Assembly (NCBI GenBank): GCA_030651905.1
Contig: JAUSBS010000100.1
Coordinates: 19,892-83,891 of the forward strand
Reading direction: 5' to 3'
Origin: Coriobacteriia bacterium
Lineage (GTDB): Bacteria; Actinomycetota; Coriobacteriia; Anaerosomatales; PALSA-660
DNA: 64,000 nt
The notes below the pieces were generated by a model that was given only the letters and a program-made list of their open reading frames with translations, had not been told where the DNA came from and searched no databases. Positions 9,838 through 18,357 of this stretch are shown one piece after another. The position numbers and the translations under genes were made by a program. Position 1 is the first letter of the stretch; the number at the start of each line of letters is the position of its first letter.

Positions 9838-10215
9838 CTACTTGGCCTCGACGACCGCCCACTTGCCCGCGGCGCTCTTGAGCTTGGCCGACGTCAAGGC
9901 CTCGCCCTTCGGGCCCTTGAAGGAACCGGTCACGAGAACGCTGTCCTTCGCGGCCGACTCGTAGTTCACGTACACGTACATGGGGTCGCTGACCACGTAG
10001 CCGGCGGCCTTGAGGACCTCGAGCATCTCGCCGCGAACGCTCTCCGGAGCGGCAAGCGTCTCTGCGCCCTTGGGCGCACCCGTGCCGCTCGGCCCGCCCG
10101 GTGACTCGATCGTTCCACCGCAACCGACCAGTGCCACGGCTGCCAGCAGCATCACCGTGACCGTCGCGATGGCGACGATCCTGCCGAACCTGTCCGTACC
10201 TCCCACTGCGATCAT
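9838..10215 (-). CDS. small lipoprotein, last gene of the dnaK operon direction
   Basis: MIAVGGTDRFGRIVAIATVTVMLLAAVALVGCGG contains a lipobox. High GC3. No family recognised. Confidence 0.55.
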   Translation of the reverse strand: MIAVGGTDRFGRIVAIATVTVMLLAAVALVGCGGTIESPGGPSGTGAPKGAETLAAPESVRGEMLEVLKAAGYVVSDPMYVYVNYESAAKDSVLVTGSFKGPKGEALTSAKLKSAAGKWAVVEAK

Positions 10216-10309
10216 GGAGACCCCCTGCTCAATCAAAGATGGTATGTGGGTTCGTTCGTGTATTCGGCGCCCGAGGCGCCGCTCCTGCCATCGTACCCTA
10301 GCTCGACGC

Positions 10310-10735
10310 CTACTCGTCTCGTGAGATACGTCGTTGGATGCCGCCGCGCGGTACGAGCACGATCTCACGGCGATACGAGGCGTGCGCCGCTTCGATCTCC
10401 CGATCCATGCGCCGTCGGATGTCCTCGACCATCCCCCGGAGCGTGTCCATCTCGGCGAGCATGTGTGCGCGCTCGTCCTCCAGCTCGATGATCCGGACCA
10501 CCCCTGAGAGGTTGATGCCTTCTTCCTGGGTGAGATGCTGGATGAAGCGGAGCCGCTCGATGTCGATGTCCGAGTAGAGCCGGGTGTTACCCGACGAACG
10601 CTGGGGGCTGAGGAGCTCACGACGCTCGTAGACACGCAGCGTCTGAGGGTGCATACCCGCGAGCTCGGCAGCCACGCTGATCATGTACAGCGGGCGCGAG
10701 CTCCCGGAGTCCCCCGCACGTCGTCGTGGCGTCAT
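10310..10735 (-). CDS. hspR: heat-shock repressor HspR (MerR family)
   Basis: MerR-type HTH YMISVAAELAGMHPQTLRVYERRELLSPQRSSGNTRLYS. Position immediately downstream of dnaJ is canonical for actinobacterial hspR. Confidence 0.9.
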   Translation of the reverse strand: MTPRRRAGDSGSSRPLYMISVAAELAGMHPQTLRVYERRELLSPQRSSGNTRLYSDIDIERLRFIQHLTQEEGINLSGVVRIIELEDERAHMLAEMDTLRGMVEDIRRRMDREIEAAHASYRREIVLVPRGGIQRRISRDE

Positions 10736-10759
10736 GGTCGAAGTCGCCTCCTTGGCTAT

Positions 10760-11899
10760 CTACCTGTCGAGGTGGGAGCGCACGTTGTCGTCTCGGGACG
10801 AAGCGAATCGCTTGAGCAGTTCCTTCTGCTCGGCGTTGAGCCCTGTCGGGGTCACGACCACCACGCGGACGCGCATGTCGCCGCGGGACGTCCCCTTCAG
10901 CTTCGGGGCGCCCTTTCCCGGCAACTTGAAGACCTTGCCGGTCTGTGTGCCCTCTTTGATCTTCAGCTTGACACGGCCGTCCAGCGTAGGGATCTCGAAC
11001 TCGGCACCCATCGCAGCCTCGTCGTAGGTCACGGGAAGATCGAGCACGATGTCCGCCCCTTCTCGCTTGAAGTAGGGATGCGGTTTGATGTGCGTGACGA
11101 CGTACAAGTCACCGTGCGGCCCGCCGGCCGCCCCCGACTCGCCTTTGCCCTTGAAGCGGATCTTGCCACCGTCCGTCACGCCGGCCGGGATCTGGACGGT
11201 GACCGGCTTCACCTTCACCACGTGCCCTTTGCCCCGGCATGCTTGGCAGGGAGTCTCTATGATCTGGCCGCTGCCGGCGCACCGCGCACACGGCCTCGAA
11301 ACAGCGAACAGCCCCTGACCCTGGGACGAATGACCGCTGCCCTTGCACACCGGGCATGTGACCGGCCCCGTTCCCAGCGCGGCGCCGCCGCCCTTGCAGA
11401 CAGAGCACCTCTCGGTCCGCTGGACGTCAACCTTGGTCGACACGCCGGTCAGTGCATCGTCGAAAGCGAGTGTGACGTCGTACTGGAGGTCTCGCCCGCG
11501 CTGAGCACGCGGCTGTCCGACGCCCGCGCCGCTTGAGAACATCGAGCCGAAGAGATCTCCAAGATCGCCGAGTCCGCCGACATCGACGTTCTGGTAGGAG
11601 AAGCCGCCGCCCGGACCGCCGGCACCCTGCCAGCCCTGACCCGGACCGCCCCGCCCCGGACCGCCCGCGCCCGGCGGCTGATTCCCTCCGAAGTACTGAC
11701 CGAACTGGTCGTACTGGGAGCGCTTCTCCTTGTCGGAGAGCACCTGGTACGCCTCGTTGAGCTCCTTGAACTTCTCTTCCGTACCACCCGTGTCCGGGTG
11801 GTGCTTCCGGGACAGTCGGCGGAAGGCCTTCTTGATCTCGTCGCCCGACGCCGTCTTGGGCACACCCAGGACGTCGTAGTAGTTGGGGGCGGCGGCCAC
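10760..11899 (-). CDS. dnaJ: chaperone DnaJ
   Basis: J domain YYDVLGV...HPD, a G-rich linker, and four CxxCxGxG zinc-finger repeats. GTG start with AGGAG upstream. Confidence 0.95.
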   Translation of the reverse strand: MAAAPNYYDVLGVPKTASGDEIKKAFRRLSRKHHPDTGGTEEKFKELNEAYQVLSDKEKRSQYDQFGQYFGGNQPPGAGGPGRGGPGQGWQGAGGPGGGFSYQNVDVGGLGDLGDLFGSMFSSGAGVGQPRAQRGRDLQYDVTLAFDDALTGVSTKVDVQRTERCSVCKGGGAALGTGPVTCPVCKGSGHSSQGQGLFAVSRPCARCAGSGQIIETPCQACRGKGHVVKVKPVTVQIPAGVTDGGKIRFKGKGESGAAGGPHGDLYVVTHIKPHPYFKREGADIVLDLPVTYDEAAMGAEFEIPTLDGRVKLKIKEGTQTGKVFKLPGKGAPKLKGTSRGDMRVRVVVVTPTGLNAEQKELLKRFASSRDDNVRSHLDR

Positions 11900-11905
11900 G
11901 ACGCT

Positions 11906-12478
11906 CTACTCCTGCGCCGGCTGCGCGCGCTCGGGGCCGCCGCTCGAGACGACCACCATCGCCGGGCGCAGGACGCGCCCGTTCATGCTGTAGCCCTTCT
12001 GGAACACCTCCACCACCGTGTGTTCGGGGACCTCACGGTCCTCGACCTGGTTCACCGCGTGGTGGAGATTGGGGTCGAAGGGCTGGCCGAAGGGGTCGAT
12101 GATCTCGACCCCTTCGCGCCCCAGCACATCCATGATCTGCTTCGAGACCATCTCGACGCCTTTGAGCAGGTGCTCCAGGTCACCTCCGCCGACAGCGTGC
12201 TCGACGGCGCGATCAAGATCGTCGATGACCGGGAACAGGCGCTCGACCACACGTCCGCTCGCACGAAGCGCCTGGTCTTGGCTCTGAGCCGCCTGGCGGC
12301 GGCGGAAGTTCTCGAACTCAGCCTGCCAGCGCGCGGCCTCCTCGACCGCACGCACGGTCTCCTCTCGGGACGCGACAAGCTCGGCCTCCAGCTCGGCGCC
12401 AGGGACTTGCGCGCCCAGATCCGCCTCTCGCTCGTCGTCGATCGGAGCCGGTTCGCCCGGCGTCTCATGGCGTTTCAT
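11906..12478 (-). CDS. grpE: nucleotide exchange factor GrpE
   Basis: Lies between dnaK and dnaJ. The C-terminal GrpE signature ...FDPNLHHAV...VVEVFQKGY is present. Confidence 0.95.
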   Translation of the reverse strand: MKRHETPGEPAPIDDEREADLGAQVPGAELEAELVASREETVRAVEEAARWQAEFENFRRRQAAQSQDQALRASGRVVERLFPVIDDLDRAVEHAVGGGDLEHLLKGVEMVSKQIMDVLGREGVEIIDPFGQPFDPNLHHAVNQVEDREVPEHTVVEVFQKGYSMNGRVLRPAMVVVSSGGPERAQPAQE

Positions 12479-12481
12479 CGC

Positions 12482-14383
12482 CTACTTCTTCTCGTCTTCG
12501 TCGACGACCTCGAAGTCCGCGACTTCCTCGTCACCGTGCGCGTCGCCGGTTTCGGCCTCGGCACCGGACTCAGCGTCCGCCTGCCCGGTCTGGTAGACGA
12601 TCTCGGCCAGCTTGTAGGACGCCTCCTGGAGCTTCGTCGACGCGGCCTTGATGGCATCGATGTCGTCGCCCTCCAGAGCCTTCTTGACCTCGGCTGCGGC
12701 CTCTTCGACCGTGGTCTTGGTCTCGGCAGGCACCTTGTCGCCGAGGTCCTTGAGTGTCTTCTCCGTGGTGTAGACGAGGGTGTCGGCGATGTTGCGCGCT
12801 TCGACCTCTTCCTTGTGGGCACGGTCCTCCGACGCATGGGACTCGGCGTCCTTGACCATGTTCTCGACCTCGTCGTCGGACAGAGCGGTCGTGCCGGAGA
12901 TGGTGATCTTCTGCTCCTGGCCGGTGCCGCGGTCCTTGGCCGAGACGTTGACGATGCCGTTCGCGTCGATGTCGAACGTGACCTCGACTTGCGGCACGCC
13001 GCGCGGCGCGGGCGGGATGTTGGCCAGGCTGAACTTGCCCAGCGTCTTGTTGCCCGAAGCCACCTCGCGCTCGCCTTGGAGCACGTGGATCTCCACAGAC
13101 GTCTGGCCGTCGGCCGCGGTGGTGTACGTCTCGGTCTTGCGGGTCGGTATCGTCGTGTTCCGCTCGATCATCTTCGTCATCACGCCGCCGAGCGTCTCGA
13201 CGCCCAGCGAGAGAGGGGTCACGTCCAGCAGCAGGATTCCCTTGACGTCGCCGCCGAGCACGCCGCCCTGGATGGCGGCGCCCAGCGCCACGACCTCGTC
13301 AGGGTTGACGCCCATGTGCGGGTCCTTGCCGGTGAGCCCCTTGACCATCTCCTGGACCGCGGGCATGCGGGTGGAGCCGCCGACGAGGATGATCTCGTCG
13401 AGCGCGCCCATCTTCATCCCGGCGTCCTTCATCGCGGCTTCGACGGGCTTCTTGCACCTGTCGAGCAGGTCCGCGGTGATCTTGAGGAATTCGGAGCGTG
13501 TGAGTTCGTAGTCGAGATGCTTCGGGCCCGACGCGTCGGCCGTGATGAACGGCAGGTTGATCTGGACGGTCTGGGCCTGCGACAGCTCCATCTTCGCCTG
13601 CTCGGCCTTTTCCTTCAGGCGCTGGAGCGCCATCTTGTCCGCGCGAAGATCGATGCCGTATTCGGACTTGAACTTGTCGGCGAGCCAGTCGATGACCCGC
13701 TGATCCCAGTCGTCGCCACCGAGGTGGTTGTCGCCGTTGGTGGCCTTCACCTCGTACACGCCGTCGCCGAGCTCGAGGATCGACACGTCGAACGTGCCGC
13801 CGCCGAGGTCGAAGACGAGCACTGTCTGCTCCTTGGAGCCCTTGTCGAGGCCGTACGCGAGCGCGGCGGCGGTGGGTTCGTTGATGATGCGCAGGACTTC
13901 GAGGCCGGCGATCTTGCCGGCGTCCTTCGTGGCCTGGCGCTGCATGTCGTTGAAGTACGCGGGGACGGTGATGACCGCCTGTGTCACTGACTCGCCCAAG
14001 TACGCCTCAGCATCCGTCTTGAGCTTCTGCAGGATCATGGCCGAGATCTCCTCGGGCATGTACTGCTTGCCCTCCACGTCAACGACCGCGCGTCCGTCCT
14101 TGCCCTTCACGGCCTTGAACGCGACCGTCTTGCGCTCCGAGGCGGTCTCCTCGAACTTGCGACCGACGAAACGCTTGATCGACTTGATGGTGTTCTCGGG
14201 GTTGGTGATGGCCTGGTTCTTGGCCGCCTTGCCCACGATGCGTTCGCCGTCCTTGCGGAACGCGACGACGGAAGGCGTCGTTCGATCGCCTTCCGCGTTG
14301 ATGATGATGGACGGCTCGCCGCCTTCGAGGACGGCCATGGCCGAGTTCGTCGTACCCAGGTCGATACCTATGACTTTGCCCAT
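12482..14383 (-). CDS. dnaK: chaperone DnaK (Hsp70)
   Basis: [18 protein letters not shown]..., [10 protein letters not shown], and C-terminal ...[19 protein letters not shown] precedes ATG 14383. The 16-aa ORF extension was rejected. Confidence 0.97.
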   Translation of the reverse strand: MGKVIGIDLGTTNSAMAVLEGGEPSIIINAEGDRTTPSVVAFRKDGERIVGKAAKNQAITNPENTIKSIKRFVGRKFEETASERKTVAFKAVKGKDGRAVVDVEGKQYMPEEISAMILQKLKTDAEAYLGESVTQAVITVPAYFNDMQRQATKDAGKIAGLEVLRIINEPTAAALAYGLDKGSKEQTVLVFDLGGGTFDVSILELGDGVYEVKATNGDNHLGGDDWDQRVIDWLADKFKSEYGIDLRADKMALQRLKEKAEQAKMELSQAQTVQINLPFITADASGPKHLDYELTRSEFLKITADLLDRCKKPVEAAMKDAGMKMGALDEIILVGGSTRMPAVQEMVKGLTGKDPHMGVNPDEVVALGAAIQGGVLGGDVKGILLLDVTPLSLGVETLGGVMTKMIERNTTIPTRKTETYTTAADGQTSVEIHVLQGEREVASGNKTLGKFSLANIPPAPRGVPQVEVTFDIDANGIVNVSAKDRGTGQEQKITISGTTALSDDEVENMVKDAESHASEDRAHKEEVEARNIADTLVYTTEKTLKDLGDKVPAETKTTVEEAAAEVKKALEGDDIDAIKAASTKLQEASYKLAEIVYQTGQADAESGAEAETGDAHGDEEVADFEVVDEDEKK

Positions 14384-14440
14384 CGCTGGTGTCTCCTTCT
14401 CGTCCGATGCGAGGCGCCGACGTGGCGCCACCGCCTCCGA

Positions 14441-14470
14441 ATCCTAGAATGTGAGTGTCCTCGTGTCAAG
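14441..14470 (-). promoter_or_regulatory. dnaK promoter (TTGACA-17-TAGGAT) overlapping a HAIR-like HspR operator
   Basis: Minus strand reads CTTGACA-CGAGGAC-ACTCACA followed by TTCTAGGAT. It matches the HAIR consensus CTTGAGT-N7-ACTCAAG at 10 of 14 positions with exact spacing. The -35 TTGACA and -10 TAGGAT are spaced 17 nt. Confidence 0.5.
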
Positions 14471-14586
14471 TTTTGTGATGGTGTGCCAGTGAATCTTTCC
14501 CTCGAGACGGCGAACTGTAACTCCCCCGGGATCCGCGCACGGTCGAGGCTCGCCGTGCGTCAGGGACTCACCCGTTCGAAGGCTCC

Positions 14587-14615
14587 TTTACAGCCTGTCC
14601 GCGCCTCGGTAATGT
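14587..14615 (+). promoter_or_regulatory. candidate promoter of the ferredoxin gene (TTTACA-17-TAATGT)
   Basis: Hexamers are spaced 17 nt and lie about 37 nt upstream of ATG 14652, which has a GAAGGAGAG RBS. Confidence 0.35.
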
Positions 14616-14651
14616 ACGCGCGAACGTCCGTCAGGACTCGAAGGAGAGACG

Positions 14652-14840
14652 ATGCCCCGACCCATCATCAACGAGGACGAATGCTCCGGCTGCGGCATCT
14701 GCGTCGACACGTGCCCGGACAGTGTCCTGGAGCTCGTGGACGACAAAGCGGAGCCCGTCAACGAGGATGACTGCACGGGGTGCGCCAGCTGCATGGAAGA
14801 GTGCCCGATGGGCGCGATCGTGGAGGTCGAGGAGGACTAG
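14652..14840 (+). CDS. 2x[4Fe-4S] ferredoxin
   Basis: 62 aa with CSGCGICVDTCP and CTGCASCMEECP motifs. Confidence 0.85.
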   Translation: MPRPIINEDECSGCGICVDTCPDSVLELVDDKAEPVNEDDCTGCASCMEECPMGAIVEVEED

Positions 14841-15418
14841 GAGCCCGATCCGGGCAAGCCGGAGGCCTTGACGAGCGCCTTCAGCCGCTCCCACACCTTC
14901 GCCTTGGCCTGTGCGTCCTGAAGTGAGGCGGACAGGCTTCCCACGGCGCCGAGTGTCCGTCCACGTACCGAGACCGGGCGACCCGGTACCAGCGCCTTGA
15001 GTGCGAACGCTGCAGCCAGATCCTCGGCGGCTTCGTCGTCCAGAGCGATCACGAGCCGGGGGTCGACGGCCTCGACGACGAGCTCCAGGCGCCGGGCACG
15101 TGCCTCGAGCGGCGCATCAGCGGGGCGGGTGCAGACAGCCCACACCGAGCGGGGGTCGAGCCCGAGCGCCCCGAGTGCCTTGTCGGCCGCTTCGCCGTCG
15201 GGGCCCGCCAGCACACGTCGAGCGGTGCGGTCGGCCGCCTCGGGCAGCCCCTTGGCGACAACGACCGCCGCGAGCGGGTCGCCGGCCGAGGCGACACCGA
15301 AGGCGACTCCGAGCGCGGCGTCGGCGTCCTTGAGCTCCGCTCGCGCCTTGGCCTCGAAGCGGCGCTGGATCCGTTCGGCATCGTCGCTGGTCACGCGCTC
15401 TGCCTGAAGTAGGCCCAT
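14837..15418 (-). CDS. uracil-DNA-glycosylase-superfamily-like protein lacking recognisable catalytic motifs
   Basis: The pattern VVVAKGLPEAADRTARRVLAGPDGEAADKALGALGLDPRSVWAVCTRP...DPRLVIALDDEAA parallels family-4 UDG topology. The GE(A/G)PG and HPS motifs are absent. An alternative GTG start at 15394 forms a GTGA overlap with the epimerase stop. Confidence 0.45.
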   Translation of the reverse strand: MGLLQAERVTSDDAERIQRRFEAKARAELKDADAALGVAFGVASAGDPLAAVVVAKGLPEAADRTARRVLAGPDGEAADKALGALGLDPRSVWAVCTRPADAPLEARARRLELVVEAVDPRLVIALDDEAAEDLAAAFALKALVPGRPVSVRGRTLGAVGSLSASLQDAQAKAKVWERLKALVKASGLPGSGS

Positions 15419-16332
15419 GTCATGGCGAGTCCGCTCTCCAGGCCCTGGTTCGCCGTCCAGCCGAACATCTCGAGTGCCTTCGCGGGATCGAGCGCACTGC
15501 GCTCCACGTCGCCTTCTCGCGCGGGGAGGCGCTCGAACTCCTTGAGCACCATCGACTCCATCCGAAGCACCCCTGCGATCTCCTCGACCGAGGACTCGCG
15601 GCCCGTTGAGATGTTGTACGCCGGCCCGTCGGGCCCCGGTCCCGCTAGTGGGTCATCCGCGAAGAGCGCGTATATGATGGCGGCCACGACATCGCCGACG
15701 TAGATGAAGTCCCGTGTCTGTCGGCCCGTCCCGTAGATGACCGGCCTATCTCCGGCGGCCAGCTTCGTGGCGAAGATGGCGACCACGCCACCCTCGCCGT
15801 GTCCGTCCTGGCGGGGACCATACACGTTGGCGAATCGGAAGGACGCGAAGTCGGTGCCGGTCCCGGCCAGCGCCCCGGCAAGCGCCGCCTCAGCCTCCAG
15901 CTTCGAGACCCCATACGGGTTCATGGGCCGCTTGGACGACGTCTCTGACAGGGGGACCTCCGCCGGCTCGCCGTAGACCGCCGCGGACGACGCGGAGACG
16001 ACGCGCTCGACGCCGGCTGCAGCTGCCGCCGCAGCGACGGCCCGCGTCCCATCGACGTTGACCGCGTGGTCGCGAGCGGGATCGGCGATGGACGCCTGCA
16101 CATCGGCCTGCGCGGCGAGATGGACGACCGCTTCGGGAGCGAACTCGGCGACGAGGTCCGACAGGCCCGGGTCGAGGATGTCGATGCGCCTGAACCACGC
16201 CGCGGGATGGAGATTCTCGGCGCGACCGACCGACAGGTCGTCGATGACTCCCACCTCGTGGCGTCCGGTGATGAGGGCGTGGACCAGGTTGCTGCCGATG
16301 AAACCGGCGCCGCCGGTTACGAGTACGCGCAT
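15391..16332 (-). CDS. NAD-dependent epimerase/dehydratase (GalE-like)
   Basis: MRVLVTGGAGFIGSNLV is a Rossmann motif; YGVSK is the catalytic YxxxK. ATG at 16332. Confidence 0.85.
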   Translation of the reverse strand: MRVLVTGGAGFIGSNLVHALITGRHEVGVIDDLSVGRAENLHPAAWFRRIDILDPGLSDLVAEFAPEAVVHLAAQADVQASIADPARDHAVNVDGTRAVAAAAAAAGVERVVSASSAAVYGEPAEVPLSETSSKRPMNPYGVSKLEAEAALAGALAGTGTDFASFRFANVYGPRQDGHGEGGVVAIFATKLAAGDRPVIYGTGRQTRDFIYVGDVVAAIIYALFADDPLAGPGPDGPAYNISTGRESSVEEIAGVLRMESMVLKEFERLPAREGDVERSALDPAKALEMFGWTANQGLESGLAMTWAYFRQSA

Positions 16333-16363
16333 CAGCCGTGCTCCTTCGCAGGTCGTGTCCGGG

Positions 16364-17062
16364 TCACTTCGCCGACTCGCCACTTCCCTCGAGGCGCCGG
16401 ACGTCCACCAGACGCGCTTGGACGATGAGGCGCTCGCGGGCGCTGTAGGGGGGATGACACGCCGTGAGCGTGAGCATCGGGTCCTCGGTGTGCGCCACGA
16501 CCTCCACGTGGTCGGGTGTCACCGCGAAGATGCGGACGACCTGGTAGCGGTAGCGGCGATACGGCGAGTAGAGGTCGATGGTATCACCCGATGTGAGCAC
16601 GTCCAGACTCCCGAAGGGGTGCCCGTACGTCGTGCGGTGGCCCGAGATGCCGACGTTGCCCGTCGCGCCCGGCAGATCGGTCGTGGTGATCCAGCCGGGG
16701 CCACGGCGAAGGTCGCCTGCCGCCGTTCCCTTCACGACGACCGTGTCGAGGCCCATCTTCTCGATCACGAGCCGCCCGAACGCTCCGCCGCGCGCGAGGG
16801 AACCCCAGTATCCCCCGTCGGCGGCGTCCCATCCGGAGAAGTCCATGAGGACGGGTTGCGCCGGCGATACCACCGAATTGCCGAGGACGGAAGCGACCAG
16901 CTGCGTGCGCAGGGCCGACTGGTCGAGGTAGTTCACCGCATCGGTGACCCCGACATAGGCCACAAGCCCGAGGGCCGCACCGAGCAGCACGTTGGCCAGC
17001 GCGTGAAGTGAGAGCCGGAGAGGGCCGACCGGCACACTCGCCGCAAGCACCGATCCACTCAT
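16364..17062 (-). CDS. class E sortase
   Basis: N-terminal TM segment, ISGHRTTYGHPF, catalytic TLTAC, and C-terminal RLIVQARL, typical of actinobacterial SrtE. GGGAGGGAGG RBS precedes ATG 17062. Confidence 0.85.
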   Translation of the reverse strand: MSGSVLAASVPVGPLRLSLHALANVLLGAALGLVAYVGVTDAVNYLDQSALRTQLVASVLGNSVVSPAQPVLMDFSGWDAADGGYWGSLARGGAFGRLVIEKMGLDTVVVKGTAAGDLRRGPGWITTTDLPGATGNVGISGHRTTYGHPFGSLDVLTSGDTIDLYSPYRRYRYQVVRIFAVTPDHVEVVAHTEDPMLTLTACHPPYSARERLIVQARLVDVRRLEGSGESAK

Positions 17063-17184
17063 GGCGGTCCGCCTCCCTCCCGCTACCGGCACCACCTCCG
17101 CGCGCTCCCCCACTATAAGTAATCTCACCTGACCTGCCGATATCACTCCTGTACGGCACGTTTGACATCAGGGACGCGAAAGCG

Positions 17185-17290
17185 GCTTCTCCCCGAAAAG
17201 GCACACCCCGCGAAAGCGGGGGTCGCAAAGTCACGGGTCTACCGGAGGGCGAAACCCCTCCCATGACGGCCGGACTGCCGAAGGTGAACG
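17185..17290 (+). promoter_or_regulatory. c-di-GMP-I (GEMM-I)-like riboswitch aptamer, copy 1
   Basis: GAAAAGGCACA-CCCCGC-GAAA-GCGGGG-GUCGCAAAGUCACGGGUCUACCGGAGGG-CGAAA-CCCCUCCCAUGACGGCCGGACUGCCGAAGG aligns block by block with the remembered Vc2 aptamer. That aptamer reads CAGGGCAAA-CCAUUC-GAAA-GAGUGG-GACGCAAAGCCUCCGGCC...GGUAGCGGGGUUACCGAUGG. It sits in the 5' leader of the HExxH gene. Confidence 0.65.
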
Positions 17291-17311
17291 ACCTGACGTC
17301 CGCATGGTGCG

Positions 17312-17367
17312 GCCGGGCCCTCCCGAAGGCGACGCGACCTTCGAGGATGAGCCCGGCTTCTCGTCTC
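17312..17367 (+). terminator. riboswitch expression platform: long GC hairpin plus UUCUCGUCU (putative attenuator), copy 1
   Basis: GCCGGGCCCUCCCGAAGG-CGACGCGA-CCUUCGAGGAUGAGCCCGGC followed by UUCUCGUCUCC. The 5' arm repeats the aptamer box CUCCCCGAAAAGGC as CCUCCCGAAGGC. Confidence 0.45.
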
Positions 17368-17394
17368 CCCGCACGCACAGGGAGTACGCGCACC

Positions 17395-18006
17395 ATGCAC
17401 CGTTGCTCATCATCCACACGACTCATCGCGGCGCTGACGATCGTCCTGATCGTCGCGCTCGTGGTTCCGGCGATCGTGAGCGCGGCACCCGTGCCGTTCC
17501 GGGTCGGTGCGACGAACGCCGGCTCCTCCGCTGCGCTCGCCTCTGTGGCCGAGGAGCACGCCCTCGACGCCAAGACCGCAGCGGTGGCCGCCGAGGCCGC
17601 TGCGTTGGCGGAGCAGCAGCGGATCGCAGCTGCCGCTCTGGTGGAGAAGGAGCGACTCGCGGCGGCGGCATACACGGCGGCCCGGACGAGCGCGAAGAAG
17701 CCGGCCGCCAAGACCGCGAAGATCTCAGGCGGCAGCGAGCTCACGCAGGCACAGTCGATCCTCGCCTCGCTCAGGTCCCGCTACCCCCGCTACCTGTCCG
17801 GAGCCACCGTCTCGATCGGCTCCGCAAAGGGCTACCAAGCGATCTCGTACTACACGTCGGGCCGCATCGTCATCAGCCCGACGCATCGAGCCAGTCTTGA
17901 GCGGATCCTCGCCCACGAGATCTGGCACATCATCGACTGGCGGGACAACGGCCGCATCGATTGGGGCGAGCGCGTACCGCCGAGCAACGCCGCGAGCTAC
18001 CGCTAG
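17395..18006 (+). CDS. secreted protein with minimal HExxH (zinc metallopeptidase-like) C-terminal domain, paralog 1
   Basis: Signal peptide MHRCSSSTRLIAALTIVLIVALVVPAIVSA, an Ala-rich linker, and the conserved C-terminal domain ...YPRYLSGATVSIGSAKGYQAISYYTSGRIVISPTHRASLERILAHEIWHIIDWRDNGRIDWGE. AGGGAG RBS. Confidence 0.75.
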   Translation: MHRCSSSTRLIAALTIVLIVALVVPAIVSAAPVPFRVGATNAGSSAALASVAEEHALDAKTAAVAAEAAALAEQQRIAAAALVEKERLAAAAYTAARTSAKKPAAKTAKISGGSELTQAQSILASLRSRYPRYLSGATVSIGSAKGYQAISYYTSGRIVISPTHRASLERILAHEIWHIIDWRDNGRIDWGERVPPSNAASYR

Positions 18007-18030
18007 CAGCTCGCGCTGAAGGATGCGAAC

Positions 18031-18051
18031 ACCGCCGGGTCATCCGGCGGT
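18031..18051 (+). terminator. hairpin after HExxH paralog 1
   Basis: ACCGCCGG-GTCAT-CCGGCGGT lies 25 nt after the stop. No U tract. Confidence 0.3.
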
Positions 18052-18228
18052 CTGGTCGTGCAGTGGCGCCGACCGGCCGGGCACCCGACGGCCCCTTTCG
18101 GCGTGTGCTGCTGCCGTTCATCGTAATCATGGACCTTCTATAAGCGAGAACCGTCCGACCCTATAAGGGTTCGCCACGTCGGTGCCGATAGTGTGTGATG
18201 TAAGGCACATTGACAGCGAGATGAATAC

Positions 18229-18335
18229 GGGTGCTCCCCGAAAAAGGCACAGCCCGCGAAAGCGGGCGTCGCAAAGTCACGGGTCTACCGGAGGCGGAAT
18301 CCAAGCCTCCCACGACAGCCGGACCGCCGAGGTAG
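18229..18335 (+). promoter_or_regulatory. c-di-GMP-I (GEMM-I)-like riboswitch aptamer, copy 2
   Basis: GAAAAAGGCACA-GCCCGC-GAAA-GCGGGC-GUCGCAAAGUCACGGGUCUACCGGAGGC...GCCUCCCACGACAGCCGGACCGCCGAGG. The P1b stem differs from copy 1 by compensatory changes (CCCCGC/GCGGGG versus GCCCGC/GCGGGC). Confidence 0.65.
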
Positions 18336-18357
18336 AGAACCAGGACTCGAATAAGTC

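Noticed and set aside
11798-13990. 730-aa plus-strand ORF
   Set aside because: It is antisense to dnaK, grpE and dnaJ, whose identities are unambiguous.
17155-17167. GGCAC-N-TTGACA upstream of both aptamers as a sigma-70 -35 box or a sigma-54 promoter
   Set aside because: No acceptable -10 lies 16-19 nt downstream in either copy. The spacing and sequence do not fit TGGCAC-N5-TTGC. The block is kept as an unexplained conserved element.
17185-17290. Assignment of the two leaders as ydaO/c-di-AMP riboswitches
   Set aside because: I considered this first because actinobacterial ydaO elements precede secreted wall hydrolases and because of the duplicated CCCGAAGG boxes. However, the ordered blocks (GGCACA, GAAA-capped stem, CGCAAAG, ACGGCCGGACUGCCGA) fit GEMM-I much better than the ydaO consensus I recall. 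A covariance-model search is still needed.
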